A stretch of 59,885 nt of DNA from a virus. Taxonomy: Duplodnaviria; Caudoviricetes. A program made the translations under genes and the position numbers. Position 1 is the stretch's first letter. Every line of letters begins with the position of its first letter. Positions 24,301-33,900 of this stretch are shown one piece after another. The stretch lies in the IMG/VR virus record IMGVR_UViG_3300008952_000052, positions 1 to 59,885 of that record. One strand, given 5' to 3'. The notes beneath the pieces are model-generated. The model was not told where the DNA came from, did not search any database, and worked only from the letters and a program-made list of their open reading frames with translations.

Positions 24301-27237
24301 ATCATTCCCACCATACGAATCTAAAAATTGGATAATTGCTGGCTTAATCGGATACCCTTGTGTCAAGAACCCGTTCCCATACCCCCCACTAAATTCATAA
24401 AGAGGAACGTCTGTGGGGAAATTCCCTTTGGGGTATTTAATTTCAGTTGGAAAATTATGATAGGGTTGACTAACTCCTTCGCCCTTTGCGCTCGTAGGCC
24501 CCTTGGGTAGAAGAAAAGCATTTCCTGATACGGGGATCTTATTGGTTTCTAACTCTACTTCATCATAATGAATTGGGTCTATCGTGATAGATCCATCAAA
24601 ATTCTGCTGGATCTTAGTCTTTGTGAATCTTAATGCGGAGAACCTTTTTGCATTCCCGTGTGTTGTATCTTCTTGGTATGGGGTCAGAGTAGCAAAAGCA
24701 TCTCCCCTTGGGGTAGCTCTTATGTTTTTCCGAAGAACCGCATAGTATTCATCATCATCCTTTGATGTTGTAATTGTATCAACACCGTGTTTAGCTCCAC
24801 CATACAAACCATGCAAAGCAGTATATGTTTCCCCACCCTCAACATGAGTTCCTTTTGAGAGGTATCCAAAAGTAGATGCTGGTGTGCGTGTTCCATTTAC
24901 ATCATATGTAAGAGCAGGGTGGCTTGGTTGATATGGATCTGTTGGGCTATGAATAATCTCTATGAAACCACTCTCAGGGAGCAGATGTTCTGAATCATAA
25001 GAGGATAAAATTAGAGAGTTTGTAGTTACTGTTGAAGTGGTGTTACCTCTGGAATGGATACTGTATGGAGTACCAGAATCAAGCCCTTTAATGCCAAAAG
25101 AAAGTCTCTTTCCATAAATATCTTCTTGGTCTTGAATTATATCAGGGGTGAGATTATTGTACCGACTACCTGTGACTCTAACAGATGCCCCTAACTGCCC
25201 TGCTTCTCTGGAATAAGGAACGCAGCAAGCGAATAAAACAATCTTACCAGATGGATCGAAAATGCCATTTGGATTTAGGTCACCGTAAGTTGAACCACCA
25301 GCGGATTTCTCTGGTGGTTCGTGAGAGAGGATGACCAGACCAGCAGAATAATCAATGTGGACATACTGTTTCTCATCAATAGAAGGGTCTATTACAAGCT
25401 CTCTGGAAGTAATGGGATTATCCCAATCAGGAATGCCTTCCCCTAAAACAAACCCCTTGCAAGGAAATAGCACTGCTCTAAAACCAAGATCCAAGAGACT
25501 TCCGGGATCTGCGTTATAGCCGTTTGCTCCATTCTGAGAAGAACGAGTATCGAAAACCGCCCGATCTGCTCTGGCATAGAAGGTATTCCCACCGTCAGAA
25601 AGATCTATAGAGTTTTCTGCGCTCTTTCCACTATTCTGAACCCAAGAAGGATCAATCAAATTATCCAAACGACTATGCTCAATTGCATCTATATCTAAGC
25701 TGTAGTTGTGGACTGGATCATTCCACAACTCAAAGAGGGAGTCATGCACCGTGAAAGAAATCTTATATGTCTTGTCGTGGAATTGAGGGTCTTTGACATT
25801 TTGAGCAATGCTGCTTCCGTAACTTTTCTTTCCTGTTCCCGGATGAACCTCAATTAACTTGAAAAGAATAGTAGTAAAGAATGGGGCTGACCCTACAGAA
25901 TGAACATGATACCACCCAAGCAAAGGATTTCCTTGTATTGGAATCTGTGCTGTAGCATCACTTTCAATACCCGTTATGTGAATAATTTTATTTACAAGAG
26001 ATGCACCATTTGGGATTTCTATCGGCCCCACTATTCTTGCAAAACCAGCCGCCATAATACCTAAGTTATCGGAGGTTTTCTCCATATAAGCCGTACCCCG
26101 ATAAAGTACTCTGGGGCAAGGTAAGCGCATTTTGTCTTGCAGCATATAGGAAGACGGTGTGGGGGCAACTCCCGTTATATTCTGAAATATGGGATCAAAT
26201 CCTCCACCAGCCCACGTTCCAGTAATTGAACCAGCACCAAGAGGCGGCATCAGATCGGATTTTAAAGAGAAAACAGGAGGAACAACTGCAAAAGCCCTCT
26301 CTCTCCCAACACTGCTTCCTGAAGTTGGAATGGGAGCTAAACGTGTAGCTTTTGGAGTAATAATTTTTATTGCCCGAATTATCGGGGTGGTTCCAGCAGC
26401 AAACGAGAAGTAGTCTTTCAGCCTCTTAGAGCAATCAAGGGTTATTTTACCACCGGGTACATCATCTTCTATGTCTACAATACGGAAGATTTCATATTTA
26501 GAGCTTGGTGTTCTCGCCACGGCTGCTGCTCTTGGGAGCGTGAAAGCAGCATTGGTAGGAACATGACCGTCAAGGGCGATCATCCCATCTCCAAGACCAA
26601 CTCCCGTAGTCACACCCTCTGCCCCATCTTCTCCTGTTTGTTCAATTATTAGATAAAGATTGTTATGATGGGCAGGTAGAGCATTGCTGTCGAAGCCATA
26701 CGCATGCTGATTATTATCACAATCTGGTGGAATGGCTGATGTTGGAAAAGTAAGATTTGTATCTATATCTATCTGAAGAGTATCGCCTTGAGTGGGAGTA
26801 GCACTGTTATCTACCACAATAAATTGCCAATTGACAGCAGAGGACTTTAATGTGGGGCCGACAAACTCAAAAGAAATGGGATGTCCAAGAAGAGAACACC
26901 CCTTTATGCCTGATCTATTCGTATTATGATCATAAGGAACAAAATTTACTTCAGGAACACCTGCCTGCCCCAACTTTGAGTATTCTCTATTGGCAGCAGG
27001 TGGGAATTGTGAATCTGGAAGCTGGTCTAACTGCTTTTTGCTAACATCCTTTGTGTAAACGGAAGCCCAAGAACCAGCAAAACCTTTAAGGATTTCAGCA
27101 GCTTGGAGACTTTTAGAAGAAACCGTAGTGTGTCTTGAAAGATGCTCTTGCCAAGACTCCCTTCCACTAAGGGTTTCTGTTTTATTCTCCAAAAGCTTCC
27201 TAATATATAAAAGCAGTTCGCTATCATTCATAGCCAA
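18373..27237 (-). CDS. very large putative virion/tail-fibre protein (2954 aa)
   Basis: 8.9-kb uninterrupted ORF, TTG start with GAGGT SD, G/S/T-rich composition, structural operon context. Confidence 0.8.
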   Translation of the reverse strand: MAMNDSELLLYIRKLLENKTETLSGRESWQEHLSRHTTVSSKSLQAAEILKGFAGSWASVYTKDVSKKQLDQLPDSQFPPAANREYSKLGQAGVPEVNFVPYDHNTNRSGIKGCSLLGHPISFEFVGPTLKSSAVNWQFIVVDNSATPTQGDTLQIDIDTNLTFPTSAIPPDCDNNQHAYGFDSNALPAHHNNLYLIIEQTGEDGAEGVTTGVGLGDGMIALDGHVPTNAAFTLPRAAAVARTPSSKYEIFRIVDIEDDVPGGKITLDCSKRLKDYFSFAAGTTPIIRAIKIITPKATRLAPIPTSGSSVGRERAFAVVPPVFSLKSDLMPPLGAGSITGTWAGGGFDPIFQNITGVAPTPSSYMLQDKMRLPCPRVLYRGTAYMEKTSDNLGIMAAGFARIVGPIEIPNGASLVNKIIHITGIESDATAQIPIQGNPLLGWYHVHSVGSAPFFTTILFKLIEVHPGTGKKSYGSSIAQNVKDPQFHDKTYKISFTVHDSLFELWNDPVHNYSLDIDAIEHSRLDNLIDPSWVQNSGKSAENSIDLSDGGNTFYARADRAVFDTRSSQNGANGYNADPGSLLDLGFRAVLFPCKGFVLGEGIPDWDNPITSRELVIDPSIDEKQYVHIDYSAGLVILSHEPPEKSAGGSTYGDLNPNGIFDPSGKIVLFACCVPYSREAGQLGASVRVTGSRYNNLTPDIIQDQEDIYGKRLSFGIKGLDSGTPYSIHSRGNTTSTVTTNSLILSSYDSEHLLPESGFIEIIHSPTDPYQPSHPALTYDVNGTRTPASTFGYLSKGTHVEGGETYTALHGLYGGAKHGVDTITTSKDDDEYYAVLRKNIRATPRGDAFATLTPYQEDTTHGNAKRFSALRFTKTKIQQNFDGSITIDPIHYDEVELETNKIPVSGNAFLLPKGPTSAKGEGVSQPYHNFPTEIKYPKGNFPTDVPLYEFSGGYGNGFLTQGYPIKPAIIQFLDSYGGNDILGRHVPPYGGYDGTFGAVNASYTHQKKPSNPGNFFVGYRHINSRCSPYFGASSYRRTATLGGYQLSWLAHTASMSQQVRVLPGMVIEDVTSGLFFTIGDSGRGYNVRGDQATPGSVYIPFKVEAICPKIRTAQAIIVGDTFTLSKYAGGTWHQLIWTFIPAGGSGTIWEVPLGTSTIKSLINLIEKVNSNPLAETQSWGFHLDFDEQIQNEHPRLMVYHQKYYWPTTSPYGVGTVGGGGEYNVDAMGFHGVGGSIFGDATSTTTALFEDEGATVSIHSFSEYTHWAYNTVEDKRLTSHGSLRPYEPSPIITGGDRAKLFWTFRVDPTAHLHFSNKGQITWGYVEKHTGTVYVMKRTLAQLGATAHATVPIKQALEFICTQINDIPEADYVSAGFPETAGRLEAIISHWEVDTVTSIDRVTVMFRNETVGLDGNRWFIATHDQTDPTYESVLGHNASPLADNLVTDTFAESMILNASSGLAWWSMNYPSGSGTHDGGGYMEEAGKISTQSFVDGTTDSINVWFLSGGVDPEIGFDISDHMKHEKIPFADTGFGDRTDNNIPRNPLAGHKYRIVPNVEFVPVVPSHSGMESSVLGGLIPPYVDPTDENTAIAEAHAFLYDGLYDFKIEDLHRYVYICGTNNYNYVGWWQIVGILKDYNIPWLDSNRTVAIVQMKGTAEARKGLTSMGMRGGQGLTQDGSLPLKARGGSVRMAMDARTNGNGGLLSNLKCFGFFKAWDGTGTPPYTNLHVTIKLQDPGAQPPVQQVAVVAATLQSGGVVDATTLAAFANSDPYLNGSYFIFGDGTTGVSFLYWDVETRGGYEHGCSLEVSVNYTALTTAQAQSLCGPAGFLQINFLSRVDGRFYDNNQSATPEVAIGRPDAIGFISHRGHSSEVAAFFGDANNHIKINPYTVSGGGSLVPSTREVNSAANGLRWVFSEPLTDRHIGSYLNIKKNSPYMHFPMGSGWTNFPAQKVGTHIEKEVDIFRLNKCPATNQMVVGGDCEVYQTELVHIQEEKFHSIMYSPLGVGGVWEDTLTQNPPSTMSLNSTIQYSLQLINKEKIITISPNSASSTSMFSTQHQSFGASGGVGVGGQILDLSHITLNNIITNSVNHIETMLTGINPWVLMSRQNIQRTNVWGNTSITAAGLPDTSYPERSRNERELWNADNIFGDDLGYLNTFMTNDTEQKALPFFYYSLYNWCPSGEWWQLQLPQPSGDSVQFNASSPPPTLRVDLTEAYTQALQLGGADAKGVRLNKLWVNFGVWGDRKKYSDWYETGREVAGLTEQVLPSAVSGTQNKELPVCQPNAVMRTNHIAFNLVVELPSTQSRIPTIDRCYFRVRQRPDSAKFAAGDYEQKVAFTINDGNGNAWNFICRSFTAQTSPFDPVTGANDYEFFIGQWQGMGSAIVYERYAIAKNIALAINLAARNSSLTPSGALLEVSAQHIGDCVMLEWNTNRSTNPAISQQRSIVFQGSGMVGWEFLGGGAYGTGFAVTFASRTNLNSTYLHSGSEGFGLGGRCPNAIATHNIDYLNSFFNVGAAGAGVGGGTIVIPLYVNRESGDLMPNVMEQFVDTGSASRSQTVGTQIPSDWASGDPESGFGFIDPPDYGLLNAKSYARGVLHSLYQEQVTHQSSHIHHSCIGNPHYPVVWGGIDFDTATNFFAASNYDYSTSMVMANATYSQNNYGVDGDGFLGQSWTKNFTAPFLTQESSLALAGIYPRISRTSGGVRDFFTSGIVNNGDIFSRGTDGSGFIRGPVGEGPASLSAATMTGIVVAHRATAPHPRQWSEGSPTNFAPTIFNVDKNDAAISSIPNIHRRNTKTCPHSFTIALTPVGEKFDPPKNAKGERISVAGTIGSMAPKWQWNSGISDFIATEQFVSSQASGDERFAHFGRRLNNAGMPNNKVGTWLENILNVFGSPEQDGSMLPTGARVFLEISTNYGEIGHASQALSNNGVWVGPVRCSFDVETSFGTAEKKVTGNN

Positions 27238-27274
27238 GACCTCAAATTCATTTCATCTATCTATCAACGGATGG

Positions 27275-27291
27275 ATATAAGAATTCTACCG
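27275..27291 (-). promoter_or_regulatory. candidate late-type promoter
   Basis: cgGTAGaattctTATAt in one of the few intergenic gaps of the structural operon. Confidence 0.35.
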
Positions 27292-27292
27292 A

Positions 27293-30200
27293 TCAAGATG
27301 AAAATGGTAAAACCTTAACTCCAATAATTCCTTTTATGTCTCCTGATCTAAGATCAGAAGAGGAAACTCCAGAGGCATTAGATGGGTGGGGGTTATCAAC
27401 TCTTAGATTGTATTCTTTCGTCTTTGCAAAGTCATACATTCTGACTTGGAACAAAATGGGTATACGGTAATTGTCTAAGTGATTAGCAAATAAATTCGCT
27501 GTCGTGCCGACATTTATTTTCACTTCACAATAAACCATACCCGTTTGTGGATCTATCCCATCCTTAGTTTCAGGACACACAACCTGACAACCTGCACCAT
27601 CTAAGTTTAGATCCTGCTTAGAGGGGCCATCCCCATCTCTTCTACCAATGTCCATCCAAGTAGTGAGGCCGGGAACCTTCACGAAGATTGCCATAGCTTC
27701 ACTTCCGAAAGCACCATTTGGGTGGGGGTAGTAATTAAAGTCTTCTAATTTAATTCCATCTATCCGTATGCTGAAAATTGGTTGTCCAGCAACCTGATCT
27801 ACACCATTTCGACCAACATCAAAGACCCTTGTGTATCTTCTTGTTCCTGTTAAACCAGAATAATCCCGTTGTGGGTACTGAAGATCAGAATCAACATCAG
27901 AAGGTCTATGATTAAGACTATAATTTTCCTGTGGGTACTGCAAAAGACCAGTAGAAGGAAACGGTACGATAACCCCTTCCTCTATAGGGGGATTTCTATC
28001 TGGAAGCCCTGAGACTTGTAGCTCATTTGGATATAAACTAAGGTCTTGTTTATGAGCATCATTTTGAAGCCAAGAAATTTCCTTCCACAAATAAGGAGAA
28101 GATATAGAGACTGCTCTCCCAAGACTAACAGGAATAAGAATGGGTTTTGGTGTTCCCGTCAAAGTAAGACCAGGGCCAGCAAGAAGTTTTCCAAAAGCAG
28201 GATCAGCAGCCACAATATTAGCAAAAGTAGACTCACATCGGTAAACTTCGTCCAAGAACCTCTCATTATAAAGTCTATCTAAAATTTCAACAGAAGGAAT
28301 TGCTCTCGTATCTGTAAGAGGTTCCATCTGTAAATTTCCAAACATAGTATTCCCACCAATAGAGGTGTATAGAATTCTCTTTCCATCTACGGGATTGAGA
28401 GGAAACCCTTGTTTTGGAAGAAGGGTAAAGTCTACATCACTGTGTCCGATTGGTTTCTTTGCAAAAGTCCTCATTCTTGCGTTGGTTGAAAAGGTTGGAG
28501 TTTTGTTTTCAGCAAACAAATTAATATCGTTAATGAAAACAGATACTGGATCTGAAGGGGTTGGGGCTGTCACAGCAGGGTCGTACCCTAAACTTTCCAT
28601 ACCAAGATCAACCCTCTGCCTACGCTCTGTTCCAAGGGAAGATGTAAAAGTAGGAGGATCATGCTCATAACTAAAAGGAGCAAGACCCAAGGTTACAGGG
28701 CTTGGGGAAATTTTATTATAAGCCCTTTCTGAAACCCGATAAGAGTTATCAAATAAGCCAGTGATCTGAAAAGCCACATTCTTTAGGGCAAAAGTATTCG
28801 GGTATGTATTTGGGTAGCTTTTAGGTGGAGAGGAAATTTGGTATTGAGAAGAAGGGCAGAAATAATAGATACCTGAAACTGGAACAGAAGACTGTTCTGT
28901 GCGGTTATACTCAAATTGACCAGAGAAATTAGGAATAAGGTCTGATCCCACTAAATTTTCGCCAAAAATAGAAGATCGAACAACGTGGTAGGAAGCAGCA
29001 GAAGTTTCTATATGGGGGCTTGCTGATTTGATAGAATTTCCCAGATGTTCAGGAGTATAGGGGCTATTAGCACCCCACATTTCTAAATTTATAGAGTAAA
29101 TTTTATCCTGAGTTGGGATAATTCCATCTCGCACAAGTTCTTCAAAGTAAGCCTCTTTCTTAAAGTGAATCAAGACGTAAGAGCCTAAATCAAAACCATC
29201 TGCGGTAGCTGGGTCTGCACAGGCAGGATCATGCACTTCAAATCTATGACGATATCTTGCCATTTGAAAGGGCCAATAATCTTTCACAAATGGAGAATAG
29301 TCTCCAGCCTGAAGAAGATCAATTCCAGCAGAAGAAGCCACCGTTGGCTTTTTGAAGTATCTCCATCTCTCATCTTCAGGTGTCCATTTAAGATGTTTTG
29401 GAGAGGCAAATTCATAATCATCTAAATAAGGCAGTCTATATCGAAGGAAATTGTTATCATCCCCACCACCTCTGGCATATTGACCACCACCAAGAATAGG
29501 GATTCCTTCTGGTACTACAGGAACACCAGCATTAGGGTCAGAGCCTAATCGGACTTGGCCGGGATATGGCTTATCTGCATCAAAAATCACATAGTCAGCT
29601 TTGTTACAACCAATCTCTCTCTTAACGATTCCCCCTGCCCCAACTACAGTGGTTGCAAGAGGAATTCCATCAGATTTAGCAAGACTAAATTCTGTAGTTG
29701 AAATAACAGTAATTATGAAGGTACTATTCACTGCATTGTTTGTATGTCCTGTTATTTTTACGATATCTCCATCAGAGAATCCGTGGGGGATACTTGTTGT
29801 GATTTCACAAGGATTAGAAGCAAGACTACTACTTACTCCAATAGGGCCGTAACTAAGACCATCAAAATTAAAATATGGATCATTGGAGGTAAAAAATTCA
29901 GTGTTCTCTGAAATACCTCTATGCAATTCATAGAGAGATCCTTGACCTGAAGCCTGACCCGGCCACTCATAGGGGTCATAGTCTCCATTACTATCGGAAC
30001 CCATCAGGAAAATCCCTCCCGGATCTCCATCACAAGGACACTTATCTCCTAAAATCCCCTTACCAAGCAAAGTAGCAGCCACCACTCTCTGGTTTAATGC
30101 TTTAGCTAAAAACCCATTTTTATCCACACCATTAGGCCAATGAAGAAGTGCTAACACCCCACGATCTGCTGGATAAACCACACCAGACACGACAACATTA

Positions 30201-30967
30201 AAATGACTACTTTGACCAATTGGATAGATCCGAAGGGTCTGTACAACCCCTTTACTATGAAGCCCTGAGTAATAGAAAGCAGTGTCTCTGGTAAAACCAC
30301 CAGAATAGACATTTCCAGCACCACCACCATTATATCCAGAACCTGTAGTATCTATAACATTGAAGGTGGGATCGGTTTGGGGATCTTTACCTCCTTCATT
30401 CCATGTCTCAGTAATATAATGACCATCAAAAGAGTCTGTTCCATCAGGCTCAAAGACAGGGTTCTTCCAAGCAGGGTTGGGTGGATACCAATAGTAAGGA
30501 TAAATTTTACTTGGGTCGTTTGTTGCGTGGTGGTTTGTTCCTTGAGCATTCAGATAAGTAGAGAATCGATCATACAAAAAGCTCTCATTCAACTTCAGAA
30601 CACCCCAATCAGGAATTCCTGAAACCGTCATATACCCTTTGCGTGTTCCAATCTTAGGAGGCTTTGGAGGTATTAAAGCAGAAAGCTCATCCAAGGCTCC
30701 TTCAACATGCTGCGAAGTGAAAGTCTCTTTAGGCTTTCCATCTATGGAAATATTTGAAGCCGTATGAGCTATCACATCTGGATCAAGGTGGGTGTTCAAA
30801 GGAGAAGAAACCCCGTCCAAAGGATGATCATTCTTAGCTTCATCATAATCCGCAGCAGCCTCATCAACCTTCCCTGTTGGTGGGGTAGTTAATGACCAAT
30901 TGGTTGCCTCTGTCGGCTTAACTCCGCTACCAGATTTGATAGAAGAGGGGTTCTTCTTAACTGGCAT
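27293..30967 (-). CDS. large putative virion protein (1224 aa) with an E1-FCCH-like beta domain
   Basis: N-terminal AHTASNIS...VEGALDEL fibre-type motif; internal NPCEITTSIPHGFSDGDIVKITG...TTEFSL; AGGAG SD. Confidence 0.8.
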   Translation of the reverse strand: MPVKKNPSSIKSGSGVKPTEATNWSLTTPPTGKVDEAAADYDEAKNDHPLDGVSSPLNTHLDPDVIAHTASNISIDGKPKETFTSQHVEGALDELSALIPPKPPKIGTRKGYMTVSGIPDWGVLKLNESFLYDRFSTYLNAQGTNHHATNDPSKIYPYYWYPPNPAWKNPVFEPDGTDSFDGHYITETWNEGGKDPQTDPTFNVIDTTGSGYNGGGAGNVYSGGFTRDTAFYYSGLHSKGVVQTLRIYPIGQSSHFNVVVSGVVYPADRGVLALLHWPNGVDKNGFLAKALNQRVVAATLLGKGILGDKCPCDGDPGGIFLMGSDSNGDYDPYEWPGQASGQGSLYELHRGISENTEFFTSNDPYFNFDGLSYGPIGVSSSLASNPCEITTSIPHGFSDGDIVKITGHTNNAVNSTFIITVISTTEFSLAKSDGIPLATTVVGAGGIVKREIGCNKADYVIFDADKPYPGQVRLGSDPNAGVPVVPEGIPILGGGQYARGGGDDNNFLRYRLPYLDDYEFASPKHLKWTPEDERWRYFKKPTVASSAGIDLLQAGDYSPFVKDYWPFQMARYRHRFEVHDPACADPATADGFDLGSYVLIHFKKEAYFEELVRDGIIPTQDKIYSINLEMWGANSPYTPEHLGNSIKSASPHIETSAASYHVVRSSIFGENLVGSDLIPNFSGQFEYNRTEQSSVPVSGIYYFCPSSQYQISSPPKSYPNTYPNTFALKNVAFQITGLFDNSYRVSERAYNKISPSPVTLGLAPFSYEHDPPTFTSSLGTERRQRVDLGMESLGYDPAVTAPTPSDPVSVFINDINLFAENKTPTFSTNARMRTFAKKPIGHSDVDFTLLPKQGFPLNPVDGKRILYTSIGGNTMFGNLQMEPLTDTRAIPSVEILDRLYNERFLDEVYRCESTFANIVAADPAFGKLLAGPGLTLTGTPKPILIPVSLGRAVSISSPYLWKEISWLQNDAHKQDLSLYPNELQVSGLPDRNPPIEEGVIVPFPSTGLLQYPQENYSLNHRPSDVDSDLQYPQRDYSGLTGTRRYTRVFDVGRNGVDQVAGQPIFSIRIDGIKLEDFNYYPHPNGAFGSEAMAIFVKVPGLTTWMDIGRRDGDGPSKQDLNLDGAGCQVVCPETKDGIDPQTGMVYCEVKINVGTTANLFANHLDNYRIPILFQVRMYDFAKTKEYNLRVDNPHPSNASGVSSSDLRSGDIKGIIGVKVLPFSS

Positions 30968-30970
30968 CTT

Positions 30971-33900
30971 TTAATCTCCTACCAATAACAGCAGGTTCTT
31001 TGTTCGATAAACCGCAGCACAAGTCCTATTATCGGGAGCATCTATGAATTTAACTGTGTTATCAGCATCCAATTCAGCAAACCTGCTAATGACTATCAAC
31101 AACAATTCATTCTTTCTATAGAGAACCCCTCCTGTAGAGGTTATTGCATCAGCCGTAGCCCTCGCCAACATTGGAATGAAAACCTTATGTCTCACAGCCC
31201 CACTCAAAGGCTGAGTAAGGATTGTGGGTCGATATGTAGTATTATCTGCAAGGGGGTAGTAAAGCCTGAATTCCATATCCTTTCTTGGCTTTTCTACATT
31301 GGTGGAGCCACCTAATTTCAAATACTCTGTCCTATCTTCCTGAACAAAAGGATGGAGCGCAAGAAGCCCTGTATTAGCATCAAAATCATCTATCTCAATC
31401 TGAGATGTTGCACAGAAGAACCATTCGTGGGTCATTCCAGCTACCCAAGATGAAGTGTCTAAAGTACTCCCATCGTTTATAGCTATTTGATCTAATGAAG
31501 CAGCATAAGGGAAAGATCCTTCGACTGCTCCCATACCAATCTGACCTGTCCAGATATTATCATCTACCAAAAGAGGCTCTACTTCCAGAGTAGAAGGAAC
31601 AACATCATTGATATCCCCTTCTTTTACACCACAAGTCTGTGGGGCATTGGTTCTAAAATAAGCAGCTATCTGGTAACCACCACCTTTAGCTCCGTAATTT
31701 GGAATGGGGTCTTGGGCGAAATAAGTGATTTTACAAAGCGTGTGTCCGTTGCCATTCAGGTTCCCTGACAGAACCACCTTTCTTTCACTTGAACCGTATG
31801 TTGATTGACTGTCATCAATACCCATATTCGTGGTATTAGACTCATCTGTGACCGTCAGTAATTGATATTTGTCTCTGTATACTCTACGGGGGAAGTGAAG
31901 GTTAGTCCTATTGGCACTTACAATGTACTGTTCTGTTCCAGATACAGATCCAATTGCAGCACCACCACCGTTTTGACCAGCTACATATTCCAGAGAGACT
32001 TCTCTATATCCTTCTCTCCATTGAGGATTTAAAGGGTATTCCATATCATCAGGTCGTTGTGAAATTCCTCCACACTCAACAATCTCCCCATAAGGGTAAG
32101 GCGAGTTGGCTGATATATCAGGAGTGACTTGATGATCTGGAGTATCAGTTAAACCATTACCAAGAGGATAGGTCACTTCAACTTCTACAAAGATCCTTCT
32201 TGGAGATCCATCGGTGGCAGCACTGGTAGCTATCATTTTGTATTCTGGGTTGGGGCCTGTAACTGGCATACCACCCGATACCAATTGATCATTAGTATCT
32301 AAAGTGATTTCAACATGTGTTGTTCCCAATCCAGAGATGTGCTTTATCTGAACGTCTTGGACAGTAGAATTCACAAAGTGACCATCATCATGTTTCACAT
32401 TCAGAATGTCTGTAATGAGCATCCCACTTGGGGCAAAATTCACAACTGAAGGATCTCCAATACCAGTGGCTGAAGCCTGTAATGTTAATCCATCGTATAC
32501 AAATCCATTAGAAGAAGCATCAAAGCTGGAAAGATCAACGTGAAGTTTGTCTCCTTCACACCAACGGATTGTACTAACCCCTGTCTTAGTGACATGTTTC
32601 CCATCGTTTATTGTACCCAACCCTTGTGCTGGAGCCGTAGCCGTACTTCTATCTCCCGGATAGAAAGCAAACACTGCTCTTTCTACTACGGGCTGGTCAC
32701 CAAATCTTCTTGCGATATGATCAAAGGAACGAATTGTTTGACCACGATTAGTATCTCCACTGAAGGGGGGGTTTCCATCTTTTCCCTGCTCTCTACCAAC
32801 TTCGTTACAAACTAAAAATCTGGTTGAGACATCCCCACTTGAACCGCCAAGAGTATTCTTGGAAGAAGCATCTATAGCCCAAGACCTGAATTTCCCATCC
32901 AATAGGGATTGCATCTGATACTGAATTTCTGCTTTGAGATCAAGATGCCCAAAGGAAACGTGTCTCCTCAAATCCAAAATGTCATTCTCATTAATCGCAT
33001 CACAAAACGCATTGTCTGGTCTATCCGAAAGACCAGCAGGAATAGCACCTAATGGGCCTGTATATCCAGTATGATTATAGGTCGGTGCGCCATTCGTATT
33101 ATTGACAGGATCAAATCCCTTATGTGCTAACGGACTATTAAAAGTATCACTTCTTCTGAAAATGAAGCATATAGGAATAGCATATACAAACCCATCAACA
33201 GTACCCAAAGCTGCTGCTGATGATGCAGAACCATCACCAGCGATAAACAATCCTTGGTCTACAATGTCATAATTTACTGCACTGGAAGTATCTCTTGTGG
33301 AGGCTCCATCAGCAGGTACGAAAGGATATAAATCTACTGGAGAGGTTTGTGACCCTTGTGCGTTTATCTGACCTGTCGGGCCAACAATATTTCTTGGGGT
33401 TGTGAAACCATCAGGGTGCATCTTATGATTCACACCCTCATCATCTCCCGTTACCCGAATACGGTACTGAATTTGTACTCTCTGAGTACTTTCAGTATCA
33501 ATGATTGGGTCAACTAAATCATCATCAAGCCAAGTAGCTGTTGGAGATAAAACATTTCCGTGTCGATAAATCTTATCTTGGGCTGGCTTGTTCAAGCGGT
33601 CTTCACCACCTGTAAAATTACCAGCCAAAGTGAGACACCCAGCATTTACCATTGTGACAGAAATCGCTGTGGCATTACCACTGGCTCCCGGAAGATCCAC
33701 TTTTATTGTGACCGTAGAGGTTCCATTATTATCTGCGGTAACCCCTGCCGAACCTTGATTAATCGCTGCTGCTATGTTCGCAGCAGTAGCTATATCAGTG
33801 CCTCCGATTTCCCAATTTACAGAAGAGGGAACAGTGGGTTGTCCAGTACCAGCAGCAACACAATCAAAAGGAGCCGTTGCAATCTCTATTCTGTCTCCGA